Below are positions 29,440 through 37,886 of a stretch of 64,000 bases of DNA, in pieces (the stretch's first letter is position 1; each line of letters opens with the position of its first letter). Source of the DNA: an uncultured Candidatus Rokubacteria bacterium (GTDB lineage Bacteria > Methylomirabilota > Methylomirabilia > Rokubacteriales > CSP1-6). The notes below the pieces were generated by a model. It was not told the origin of the DNA, did not search any database, and worked only from the letters and a program-made list of their open reading frames with translations. The translations under genes and the position numbers were made by a program. The stretch lies in the NCBI GenBank assembly GCA_963789955.1, contig CAWBMV010000003.1, forward strand, positions 126,011 through 190,010, given 5' to 3'.

Positions 29440-30213
29440 ATGGGATCCTGTCGCGGCCGTGTGGCCTTGGTCACCGGCAGCTCGCGTGGACTGGGTCGAG
29501 TCATTGCACGGAAGCTGAGCGAGGCCGGCGCTGACCTGATCATCAACTATCGTCAGGCCGGTGGCCGCTCGGAGGCCCAGGCTCGAGCCCTCGCCAAGGA
29601 GCTCGTGGAGGGCGGATCCCGCGCGGTGGCCATCCAAGCCGATATCGGCCAGAAGGACGCCGTCGCCGCCATGTTCCAGCAGATCGGCGCCGAGTTCGGA
29701 CGGCTGGACATCCTCGTGCTCAACGCGGCGCGCGCTCCCTTCAAGAAGGCCGGCGAGCTTCTCAAGCGCGACCTTCTCGAGCTCGTCGAGACCAACTACC
29801 TCGGAAATGTCTACTGCATGCAGCAGGCTCTGCCGCTGATGCAGGGCCGCCCGGGTCACGTCGTGTTCATCTCCAGTCTCGGCAGCCGCTTCGCGCTGCC
29901 GAACTACCCGCTTGGTAGCATGAAGGCGGCCATGGAAAGCCTCGTGAAACAGTGGGCGACCGAGCTCGGGGATCGTCAGATCACCGTGAACGGCGTCACG
30001 GTCGGCCTGCTCAAGACGGATTCGCTGATCGTGCTGCGTCAGTACTGGCCCGGTGTGGAACGGCTGCCGCCGTCTGCGTTCGTCGAGCTGGAGGACGTGG
30101 CCGGAGTCGTGCTGTTTCTCTGTACAGACGCCGCGCGGAGCATCAGGGGCCAGAACCTCGTTGTCGACAACGGACTTTCCAACGAGCTCTTGCACTCTGC
30201 GCACAGTTCCTGA
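29440..30213 (+). CDS. SDR, FabL-like enoyl-ACP reductase candidate
   Basis: TGSSRGLG, LDILVLNAA and ISSLGSRFALPNYPLGSMKAAMESL (widened Y..K spacing as in SDR enoyl reductases). Confidence 0.75.
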   Translation: MGSCRGRVALVTGSSRGLGRVIARKLSEAGADLIINYRQAGGRSEAQARALAKELVEGGSRAVAIQADIGQKDAVAAMFQQIGAEFGRLDILVLNAARAPFKKAGELLKRDLLELVETNYLGNVYCMQQALPLMQGRPGHVVFISSLGSRFALPNYPLGSMKAAMESLVKQWATELGDRQITVNGVTVGLLKTDSLIVLRQYWPGVERLPPSAFVELEDVAGVVLFLCTDAARSIRGQNLVVDNGLSNELLHSAHSS

Positions 30214-30255
30214 CATCAGCGATCGCCTCATTGAGAGGAGGTCCACGAGGGGAGA

Positions 30256-30831
30256 ATGCCCGAGCCATTGATCAGCCAGGCCACGATTTATCGAGCGGTG
30301 CAAACCGCCATCGGCGACGCGCTGCAGATCTCCGAAGACAAGGTGATGCCCGAGAGCTCGCTCATCAAAGACCTCGGAGTGGAGTCGCTGGATCTCATCG
30401 ACATCAACTTCCGCCTCGAGCAAGACTTCAACATCGTGATGCCGCGCAAGTACCTCCTGGACCACGTGGAGGAGCTCTTCGGGGAGGGGACGGCGATCGA
30501 CGAACAGGATCGACTCACCGGCGCGGCCGTGACGATCTGGAACGCGCGGCTCGGGTCGGCCGGATCGGCCGTGCACGCGGGCATGTCGATCGAAGCGGTA
30601 CCGGCTCTCGTCACTCCGCACACGCTGGTCATGGTCGTCGAGGAGATCTTGGCCACCTGTCCGGCCACGTGCCCTGCTTGCGGGAAGTCGGCCTGGACGG
30701 TCGCCGATGGACGCGCCATCACCTGCGGCCAGTGCGGTGCGCGCGCGCCGCTCTTGGCGGGTGACGATGTCATCCGTCAGTGGCTCGAGGACTTCCGGGC
30801 ACGCGGTGGGCTGACGAGCCACACGCCTTGA
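30256..30831 (+). CDS. Extended acyl carrier protein with C-terminal Cys-rich (zinc-ribbon-like) tail
   Basis: DLGVESLDLIDINFRLEQDF PPant motif; tail CPATCPACG...ITCGQCG; 191 aa. Confidence 0.85.
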   Translation: MPEPLISQATIYRAVQTAIGDALQISEDKVMPESSLIKDLGVESLDLIDINFRLEQDFNIVMPRKYLLDHVEELFGEGTAIDEQDRLTGAAVTIWNARLGSAGSAVHAGMSIEAVPALVTPHTLVMVVEEILATCPATCPACGKSAWTVADGRAITCGQCGARAPLLAGDDVIRQWLEDFRARGGLTSHTP

Positions 30832-32135
30832 CCAGCGCGTCACGCCAGACACGGGATCGGCGGCGCGTTGTCATCACCGGCGTGGGGATGATCACCCCCC
30901 TGGGACGGAACGTGGCCGAAACGTTCGAGCGGGCTAGCCGGGGCGTCTCGGGAATTGACTACATCCGTCGCTTCGACACCCGCGGTCTTCCCGTTCGAAT
31001 CGGCGGCGAGATTTCGGACGAGTGGATCGTGCGGCCGCGCGCGGAATCGGCGGCGGCGCTCGAGAGCATGGCCTCCAGGGCGATCCGATTCATGTGGACC
31101 GCGGGCATGGAGGCGGCCGAGCAGGCGAAGCTCGACCAGATAGGTGATCGCTATCGGGTCGGTGTCGTCCTCGGCCATCACGGAGAGACCGCCGGCCTCG
31201 ACGATCTCGTCCGGATCTTTCGGGCGTCGGCCGGCGATGGTCGGTGGGACCCGGCCCAGCTCCGCGAGGGCGGCTACGACGTGTTCGCATCGATACGCCG
31301 ACGGGTCGACGTCGGACCGTCGCTGGTCTCGCGGGTGTTCGATTGTCGCGGGCCCAGCATTGGCATCGCCTCGGCGTGCGCCGCCGGCGGCCAGGCGATC
31401 GGTGAGGCCTACCGGCTCATCAAGTCGAGGCGTCTGGATGCCGCGCTGGCTGGCGGGTGCGAGGCATCGCTCACGTACCTGGGACTCTCGGGCTTCATAC
31501 TCCTGAAGGCCCTCACCGAGCACTATCACGCTCCATCGACGGCGTCCCGACCGTTCGATCGCAAGCGAAGCGGCTTCGTGATCTCCGAGGGAGCGGGCGC
31601 GCTCGTCCTCGAAGAGCTCACGCACGCCCGGGACCGTGGCGCATCGATCCTGGGCGAGCTCCTGGGCTATGGAGACTCCACGGACGCGTACCGCATCACG
31701 GACATCCACCCGCAGGCCGAGGGCGCCGTGCTGGCGATGGTGCGCGCGATCGAGGACGCCGGGATCGCGCGCGACAAGGTGGACTATATCAACGCGCACG
31801 GGACCTCGACCGTGCAGAACGACGCGCTCGAGACCCTTGCCGTCAAGCGAGTCTTCGGCGAGCGAGCGGCCTCTGTCCCGCTCAGCTCGAACAAGTCGAT
31901 GCTCGGTCACACCATCGGTGCGGCCGGGGCCATCGAGGCCGGTCTCACGCTCGAGGGCATCCGTCAATCGCTGCTCCTCCCCACGATCAACTACAAGACA
32001 CCGGATCCGCGATGCGACCTGGACTACGTGCCAAACGAGTCGCGTCGTGTTGCCCACCGGACCGCCCTCAGCAACTCCTTCGGGTTCGGCGGGCACAACG
32101 CCTCGGTTTGCATCGGCGCGTACGACGACGGCTGA
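30828..32135 (+). CDS. fabF: Beta-ketoacyl-ACP synthase II (intact C-H-H triad)
   Basis: RRVVITGVG, SACAAG, YINAHGTST, KSMLGHTIGA and SNSFGFGG; TTG start overlaps the ACP stop. Confidence 0.93.
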   Translation: MTSASRQTRDRRRVVITGVGMITPLGRNVAETFERASRGVSGIDYIRRFDTRGLPVRIGGEISDEWIVRPRAESAAALESMASRAIRFMWTAGMEAAEQAKLDQIGDRYRVGVVLGHHGETAGLDDLVRIFRASAGDGRWDPAQLREGGYDVFASIRRRVDVGPSLVSRVFDCRGPSIGIASACAAGGQAIGEAYRLIKSRRLDAALAGGCEASLTYLGLSGFILLKALTEHYHAPSTASRPFDRKRSGFVISEGAGALVLEELTHARDRGASILGELLGYGDSTDAYRITDIHPQAEGAVLAMVRAIEDAGIARDKVDYINAHGTSTVQNDALETLAVKRVFGERAASVPLSSNKSMLGHTIGAAGAIEAGLTLEGIRQSLLLPTINYKTPDPRCDLDYVPNESRRVAHRTALSNSFGFGGHNASVCIGAYDDG

Positions 32136-32599
32136 TGCGCTTCCTCTTCATCGACCGGGTCACGAGTCTCGAGCGAGGGCGTCGCATCACGGGGATCAAG
32201 TCATTCAGCTCGTCCGAGCCGTTTCTGGAGTCGCACTTCACCAGAACAGCCCTCGTCCCGGGCGTGCTTCTCATCGAGTCGATGGCGCAGCTTCTTGGTT
32301 GGCTGGCCAGCTATTCGTACGATTTCCGCTGCGTGGCCGTTCTGGCCCTCATCTCGGACGTGACGGTTCCGGCGGCCCTGAAGCCCGGAGCCCGCGTGGA
32401 GATCGAAGGCCGACTACTGTCCAGCACCGAGCGAGACTCGCTCGGTGCTGCCACGGCCACGGTTGATGGCCGGACGATCGCCCGGGTGGAGCGACTCATT
32501 TTGCACCACGTTCCACTTCCCAAAGGGGAAACCGCGCGGGAGTTCTTCCTCTACTACGCCGGCATCGACGACTTGTCGTCTCTCGAGCGTCCCGCATGA
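32135..32599 (+). CDS. FabZ/FabA-like hot-dog dehydratase
   Basis: MRFLFIDRV and HF....VPGVLLIESMAQ; ATG overlaps the fabF stop (TGATG). Confidence 0.88.
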   Translation: MRFLFIDRVTSLERGRRITGIKSFSSSEPFLESHFTRTALVPGVLLIESMAQLLGWLASYSYDFRCVAVLALISDVTVPAALKPGARVEIEGRLLSSTERDSLGAATATVDGRTIARVERLILHHVPLPKGETAREFFLYYAGIDDLSSLERPA

Positions 32600-33349
32600 A
32601 GATCGATCTCAGCGGGCAGGTCGCATTGGTCACGGGCGGCGGTCGCGGCATTGGTGGAGCCTGCAGCGTGACCCTGGCGCGACTGGGGGCAACGGTCATC
32701 ATCAACTACCGGCGCTCCCGCGACTCCGCCGAACGGCTCGAGAAGGACATCGTCGGTGAGGGCGGCAGCGGGCGCGCGTACCAGGCCGACGTGGCGGACC
32801 CCGGAGCGGTCGACGCGATGTTCCAGTTCATCCGCCAGGAATATCGACGCCTCGACATCCTGGTGAACAACGCGGGGATCGTTCAGGACACCCTGCTGCT
32901 CTCCATGACGCTGCAGGACTGGACGTCGGTCCAATGCCACCAATCTGACCGGCGCCTTTCTCTGCACGCGCCACGCCGTGGAAATGATGTTGCGGCAAGG
33001 CGGGGGCAAGATCGTCAATATCGCTTCGGCGAGCGCGGACGTCGGTGGACGCGGGCAGACCAACTACGCGGCCTCGAAGGGCGGGCTCGTGGCATTCAGC
33101 CGGGCGGGCGCCGTCGAGCTGGCCCGCAAGGGGATTCGCATCAACGCCGTGCTGCCCGGTATCATCGAGACCGACATGAGCCTGCCAGTACGCCAGCGGG
33201 CCGCGAACAAGCTGCTCGAGCGCATTCCGGCCCGTCGATTCGGCCGCGTTGACGAGGTCGCCAACCTGGTTGCCTTCCTCGTCTCGGATGCCTCGGAGTA
33301 CATCGTCGGACAGGCGATCGCCGTCGATGGCGGTCTCAGCGCCTCCTGA
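32596..33349 (+). CDS. fabG: 3-oxoacyl-ACP reductase, frameshift near 32933
   Basis: TGGGRGIG and NNAGI in frame 1; GQTNYAASK, PGIIETDM and VDGG in frame 2. Confidence 0.9.
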
Positions 33350-33360
33350 CGCGTCGGCCC

Positions 33361-33849
33361 GTGCGCTATTACCTCGTAGATCGCATATCGGAGTGGGAGC
33401 TCAACACGCGCATCCGCGGCATCAAGAATGTCGCTATGACCGAAGACTTCCTCCAGTATCACTTTCCGCGAAGGCCGACGATGCCGGGGGTGCTCCTGCT
33501 GGAGTCGATGACCCAGCTTGCCGGCTGGCTGGAGGCGGTCAGCTCCGAGTTTACGCGCTGGTTCCTGCTCGAGCACGTCACGAGCTGTAAGTTTTACGAC
33601 CTCACAGGGCCTGGCGACCGGGTCGAGTTCGTCGTCGACGCCATGCAGCCCGCCGAGGCGTCTCGCCGCCGTTATCGCGGAACCGGCAGCGTCGAGGGTA
33701 AGCGGCGTGTCGTCGCCGAGTTCGACGGGCAGGTGATTCCGCTCCACGACATCGACACCCCGTCGAGCCAGCGCCAGCTCTTCGAAGTGCTCACGAACAG
33801 CGCTACTTTCTCGCTCAGTCCCAATCCAGGTGTCGCGGGCCCCCCGTGA
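33361..33849 (+). CDS. Second FabZ-like dehydratase
   Basis: YYLVDRI, GIKNV and HFPRRPTMPGVLLLESMTQ. Confidence 0.9.
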   Translation: MRYYLVDRISEWELNTRIRGIKNVAMTEDFLQYHFPRRPTMPGVLLLESMTQLAGWLEAVSSEFTRWFLLEHVTSCKFYDLTGPGDRVEFVVDAMQPAEASRRRYRGTGSVEGKRRVVAEFDGQVIPLHDIDTPSSQRQLFEVLTNSATFSLSPNPGVAGPP

Positions 33850-35147
33850 CCGACCGAGTTCCCGCGATCACCGGCATAGGGTTGATTTCATCCCTCGCCC
33901 CATCCCTCGAGCGTCACTGGCAACGGATTCTTCAGCTCGCGACCGGTATTCGGCAGGTCAGCGGCGAGGACGTACCCCGAGCCCTTCGTTACGCGGGCCG
34001 GGTGGACGACGACGGGCTGCCGCCGGACACACCCCCCGAGCTGCTGAAGCAGAGACGCCTCATCAGCACTGGCTCGAGGCTCGGGCTCCGGGCCGTCGCC
34101 GAGGCCGTGCACGGGTCGAGCGTGGACCTGCTGCAGATGCCACCGGCGCGAAAGGCACTCTATATTGGCGCCGCTGACTACAGTAAGGACGACTACCAGG
34201 ACTTCTACCAAGCCTTCCGCGAGGCCGGTGTCAGCCCGGATCGGGCCGTCGACGCCGAACACGTCAACAGGGCCACGCTCCACACCGTCGACCCGTTCTT
34301 CCTACTCGAAGGCCTCACCAACAATCTGGTGGCGTTCGTCTCCCGCCGCTATCAACTCCAGGGACCCAACACAACGCTCGCCAACCATTCACCCTGCGGT
34401 GCCCAGGCGCTCGACCTTGCTTGCCGGAGCCTGCTTCAGGAGGAGGCGGATGTCGCGATCGTCGTGGGCGTCTGCGTCTGGAGCCGGTTCGTGTCCTTGT
34501 TCGATCTTGACGCGTTGGGGCTACTGTCTCAGTGCCGAGACGGAGCAAGGTCCTTCAGACCGTTCGACCACCGCAGGGACGGGTTCATTGCAGGCGATGG
34601 TGCCGCCGCGCTCGTCCTGGAGCCACTAGGGCGGGCACGCGCGCGAGGGGCCCGCGTACTCGGGTGCATTCGGGGCCTAGCCAGCTTCACGGACGCGAGC
34701 GATACGCGAAACGTGGGTGTGTCCGTAGAGACAACGCGTCGAACGATCACTGCAGCGCTCGACGAAGCGGGCACTCGTCCAGAGGACATCGCCTTCGTCT
34801 CGCCTCACGGAAGCGGTACGCGAGACGGGGATCAGGTCGAGCTTGCCGCGATCGGCGAGCTCTCCGAGCGTACCCGCGCAACGATCCCGATCTCGGGGAT
34901 CAAGCCATATACCGGCCATATGGGAGCGGCGAGCGATCTCACCGAGATCGCGCTTGCACTCATCGCGCTGGAGAACGGGTTGGCGCCAGCGACGCTCAAC
35001 TTCGAGACTGCGGATGCCGAGTTCAAGGACGTGGATATCGTCGCGCAGCATCGGCGCGTCGCAGGACGACACGCTCTCTCGATGAGCCAGGGACTCGGAG
35101 GCCAGTCGATCGCGGTCGTCGTCTCCGCCGGGCCGGGCCCGGACTGA
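33846..35147 (+). CDS. Ketosynthase-fold protein lacking the canonical catalytic Cys
   Basis: AITGIG, RPFDHRRDG, SPHGSGT and KPYTGHMG; the active-site loop reads ANHSPCGAQA versus ASACAAGGQA in FabF. Confidence 0.85.
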   Translation: MTDRVPAITGIGLISSLAPSLERHWQRILQLATGIRQVSGEDVPRALRYAGRVDDDGLPPDTPPELLKQRRLISTGSRLGLRAVAEAVHGSSVDLLQMPPARKALYIGAADYSKDDYQDFYQAFREAGVSPDRAVDAEHVNRATLHTVDPFFLLEGLTNNLVAFVSRRYQLQGPNTTLANHSPCGAQALDLACRSLLQEEADVAIVVGVCVWSRFVSLFDLDALGLLSQCRDGARSFRPFDHRRDGFIAGDGAAALVLEPLGRARARGARVLGCIRGLASFTDASDTRNVGVSVETTRRTITAALDEAGTRPEDIAFVSPHGSGTRDGDQVELAAIGELSERTRATIPISGIKPYTGHMGAASDLTEIALALIALENGLAPATLNFETADAEFKDVDIVAQHRRVAGRHALSMSQGLGGQSIAVVVSAGPGPD

Positions 35148-35177
35148 GAACGATCTGGCGAATTCAGCACCCGATGG

Positions 35178-36385
35178 CTAGATGGCCCCTTCGGCCCTCC
35201 ACTGCGCGAGATCGTCCAGGGAGTGGCCGAGGAGGTCGACGAAGACGTCCTTGTTGTGGTCGCCTGGGTTCGGCGCGAGCCACTTGACGCGCCCGGGCGT
35301 CTCCGAGAGCTTCAGCGGGCGTGCCGGTGGTCTTGAGGCGACCGTAGGTCGGATGCTCTCGCTCGACGAACATCTCGCGGGCCTGGACCTGGGGGTCGGC
35401 GACCATCTCGGCGACGTTGTTGACCGGGGCGGCAGGGACGCCGCCGGTCGACAAGCGTCTTGACGACCTCGGCCTTCGAGCGGGCGCTCGTCCAGCCTTG
35501 AATGATCGCGGCGACCTGGTCTCGCCGGTCGCGCCGGGCCGCCGCGGTCGCGAATCCGGTGTCGCGCGTGAGATCGCCGCGGCCGATGATCTCGCAGAAT
35601 CGACGCCACACCGCGTCGCTCGCTCCGGCGGCGATGGCGACGTGGCCGTCAGTCGTCGGATAGACCCCCGAGCTCGAGCCGCCGAACGATACGTTGCCGG
35701 CGCGCGTGAGGAGCTCGCCGCCCACCGTGTAGCGCTCGCCGAGGTTGTCGAGCGCGATGAGCAGGCTGTCGAGGAGCGCCAGATCGATGCGCTGGCCCTG
35801 GCCCGTCCGCTGCCGGTAGTGCAGGGCCGATACGATGCTGAAGGCACAGAGCATGCCGGCGTAGTAGTCCGAGATCGACTGGCCAGATCGGGTGGGCGGC
35901 TGGTCGGGGAAGCCGGTGATGCTCATGTAGCCGCTGATGGCCTGCGCCAGCATGTCGTAGCCTCGCTGGGCAGCGTACGGCCCGTGCTGGCCGAACGCAG
36001 TGATCGAGGCGTACACGATGTCCGGCTTCTCCCGTTTCAGGTCCTCGTAGCCGAGCCCCAGCCGTTCCATGGTCCCGACGCTGAAGTTTTCGGTCACGAC
36101 GTCCGAGTGGCGGACGAGCTCCTTGAAAAGCTCGATGCCACGCGGAGTTTTCAGCTCGAGGGTGATAGCGAGCTTGTTGCGGTCTCGGTATTGCGCCGCC
36201 GGCACGCGCTCCTCGGCGCCGTTGCGCTTGCGCTTGATCCCGAGCGAGACGCGCTCCCGCCCGCGCTCGCGCGACTCGACCTTGATGACCCTGGCACCCA
36301 TGTCCGCCAGCAGCATCGTGCAGAAGGGCATGGCGATGACCTGCCCGAGGTCCAGCACCGTGACGTCGCTCAGCGCCTGGTTCAT
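35178..36385 (-). CDS. Family III CoA transferase (CaiB/BaiF), frameshifts near the 3' end
   Basis: LDLGQVIAMP, LADMGARVIKVE, ENFSVG, GYDMLAQA and GQRIDLAL; the C-terminus continues in other frames. Confidence 0.9.
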
Positions 36386-36528
36386 GTACCCTCAAACGGC
36401 GGCCAAGCCCGCGCCGCCCCGGCGATAGTGCGCCGGCGCGGCCGGCCGGGTCAACCAGGATGCCGGTTTCGATCGGGGCGGGTGTTAGCATTGAATCCTG
36501 CACTGCAGGCCGTTTCCATGGAGCCGAC

Positions 36529-36903
36529 ATGGACCTGAGGCCGAAACGTTATGTGGACACGGTGGTGCTATCCCCCGTGGGTCGAATCGACCACTCTACG
36601 TCGGAGGACTTCAAGACCGCCCTTGCGCCACACATGACTCGCTGCGCCGAGGGGCAGGACCGGGTGGTCCTGGATTTCGCCGGCGTCGAGTACATCAGTA
36701 GCGTGGGGCTCCGAGTCCTGATGCTGGCCTCCAAGCAAGCCAAGGCTCAGCGCGGCGCCCTCGGGATCGCGGCGCTGCAACCGGCCGTTGGCGAGATCTT
36801 CGACATCAGCCGGTTCACGATGGTTCTCGATGTGTTCCCGTCGGTCCGCGAGGGCCTTGCCCGGCTCTCGCCCAAGGCGCTCGCCGCGTTCGATGCCGCC
36901 TGA
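36529..36903 (+). CDS. STAS anti-sigma factor antagonist (RsbV/SpoIIAA-like)
   Basis: GRIDH and VVLDFAGVEYISSVGLRVL (phospho-Ser motif). Confidence 0.92.
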   Translation: MDLRPKRYVDTVVLSPVGRIDHSTSEDFKTALAPHMTRCAEGQDRVVLDFAGVEYISSVGLRVLMLASKQAKAQRGALGIAALQPAVGEIFDISRFTMVLDVFPSVREGLARLSPKALAAFDAA

Positions 36904-37867
36904 CGGCCGTTTGAAGGTCAAGTTCTGGGGAACACGCGGCTCGATTCCGGTGGCCATGACGTCGGCCGAGGTCCGGCGCAAGCTCATCTCGGCGCTGACG
37001 CGCGCGTCCGGACGTAAGCTCGAGACTCCCGAGCAAGCGGCGGCCTTCCTCGACCGCGAGCTCGATTTCGCCGGCTCGCATACGTTCGGCGGCAATTCGT
37101 CGTGCGTCGAGATCGTCACGGGCCAGCGCGACTTCGTCCTCTGCGACCTGGGCTCGGGCGCCCGGGTCTTCGGCAACGAGGTGCTGGCGACCCGAGGCGC
37201 CTCGGGCCAGCGATTCCACGCGTTCATGTCCCACCCGCACTGGGACCACATCATGGGGTTTCCGTTCTTCATGCCGGCCTACACCGCCGGCAACCAGATC
37301 CGGATCTACGGCTGCCACGCCGATCTGGAGGAAGCGTTCCGCGGGCAGCACGCGGCGCCGTCCTTTCCGGTCGATTTCTCGCGGCTCTCCGCCCGCATCG
37401 AGTTCGTGCGACTCGAGCCCGACCGCGACTACGAGATCGCGGGGCTGCGCGTGCGGCCCAAGCTCCAGCGGCACGGCGGCGACTCGTACGGCTACCGGTT
37501 CCAGGCGGGGGACAAGGTCGTCGTCTACTCGACCGACGCCGAGCACAAGCAGGACGAGCTGACCGAGATCAAGGCGTTCGCCGAGTTTTTCCGTGACGCC
37601 GACCTGGTGATCTTCGACTCCCAGTACTCGCTGGCCGAGGCGACGTCGATCAAGGAGGACTGGGGGCACTCGAGCAACGTCGTCGGGCTCGAGCTGTGTC
37701 AGATGGCGCACGCCAAGCGCCTGTGCCTCTATCACCACGAGCCGGTGTCCGACGACGAGCGGATCGCCGCGCTCCTCGCCGAGACACGCCGGCTCGAGGA
37801 GATCACGCGCGGCGACCGGCGGGTCGAGATCCTGGCGGCCTACGACGGCATGGAAATCGCTCTCTGA
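36893..37867 (+). CDS. MBL-fold metallo-hydrolase
   Basis: KFWGTRGSIP, GGNSSCVE, SHPHWDHIMG, DSQY, WGHS and HHEP. Confidence 0.92.
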   Translation: MPPDGRLKVKFWGTRGSIPVAMTSAEVRRKLISALTRASGRKLETPEQAAAFLDRELDFAGSHTFGGNSSCVEIVTGQRDFVLCDLGSGARVFGNEVLATRGASGQRFHAFMSHPHWDHIMGFPFFMPAYTAGNQIRIYGCHADLEEAFRGQHAAPSFPVDFSRLSARIEFVRLEPDRDYEIAGLRVRPKLQRHGGDSYGYRFQAGDKVVVYSTDAEHKQDELTEIKAFAEFFRDADLVIFDSQYSLAEATSIKEDWGHSSNVVGLELCQMAHAKRLCLYHHEPVSDDERIAALLAETRRLEEITRGDRRVEILAAYDGMEIAL

Positions 37868-37886
37868 GCCTTCCGGCCTGAGCACG

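Noticed and set aside
29440..35147. Housekeeping fab operon, aromatic type II PKS or ladderane cluster
   Set aside because: Lacks fabD/fabH/plsX, cyclases/aromatases and radical SAM genes; the ACP and second KS are atypical.
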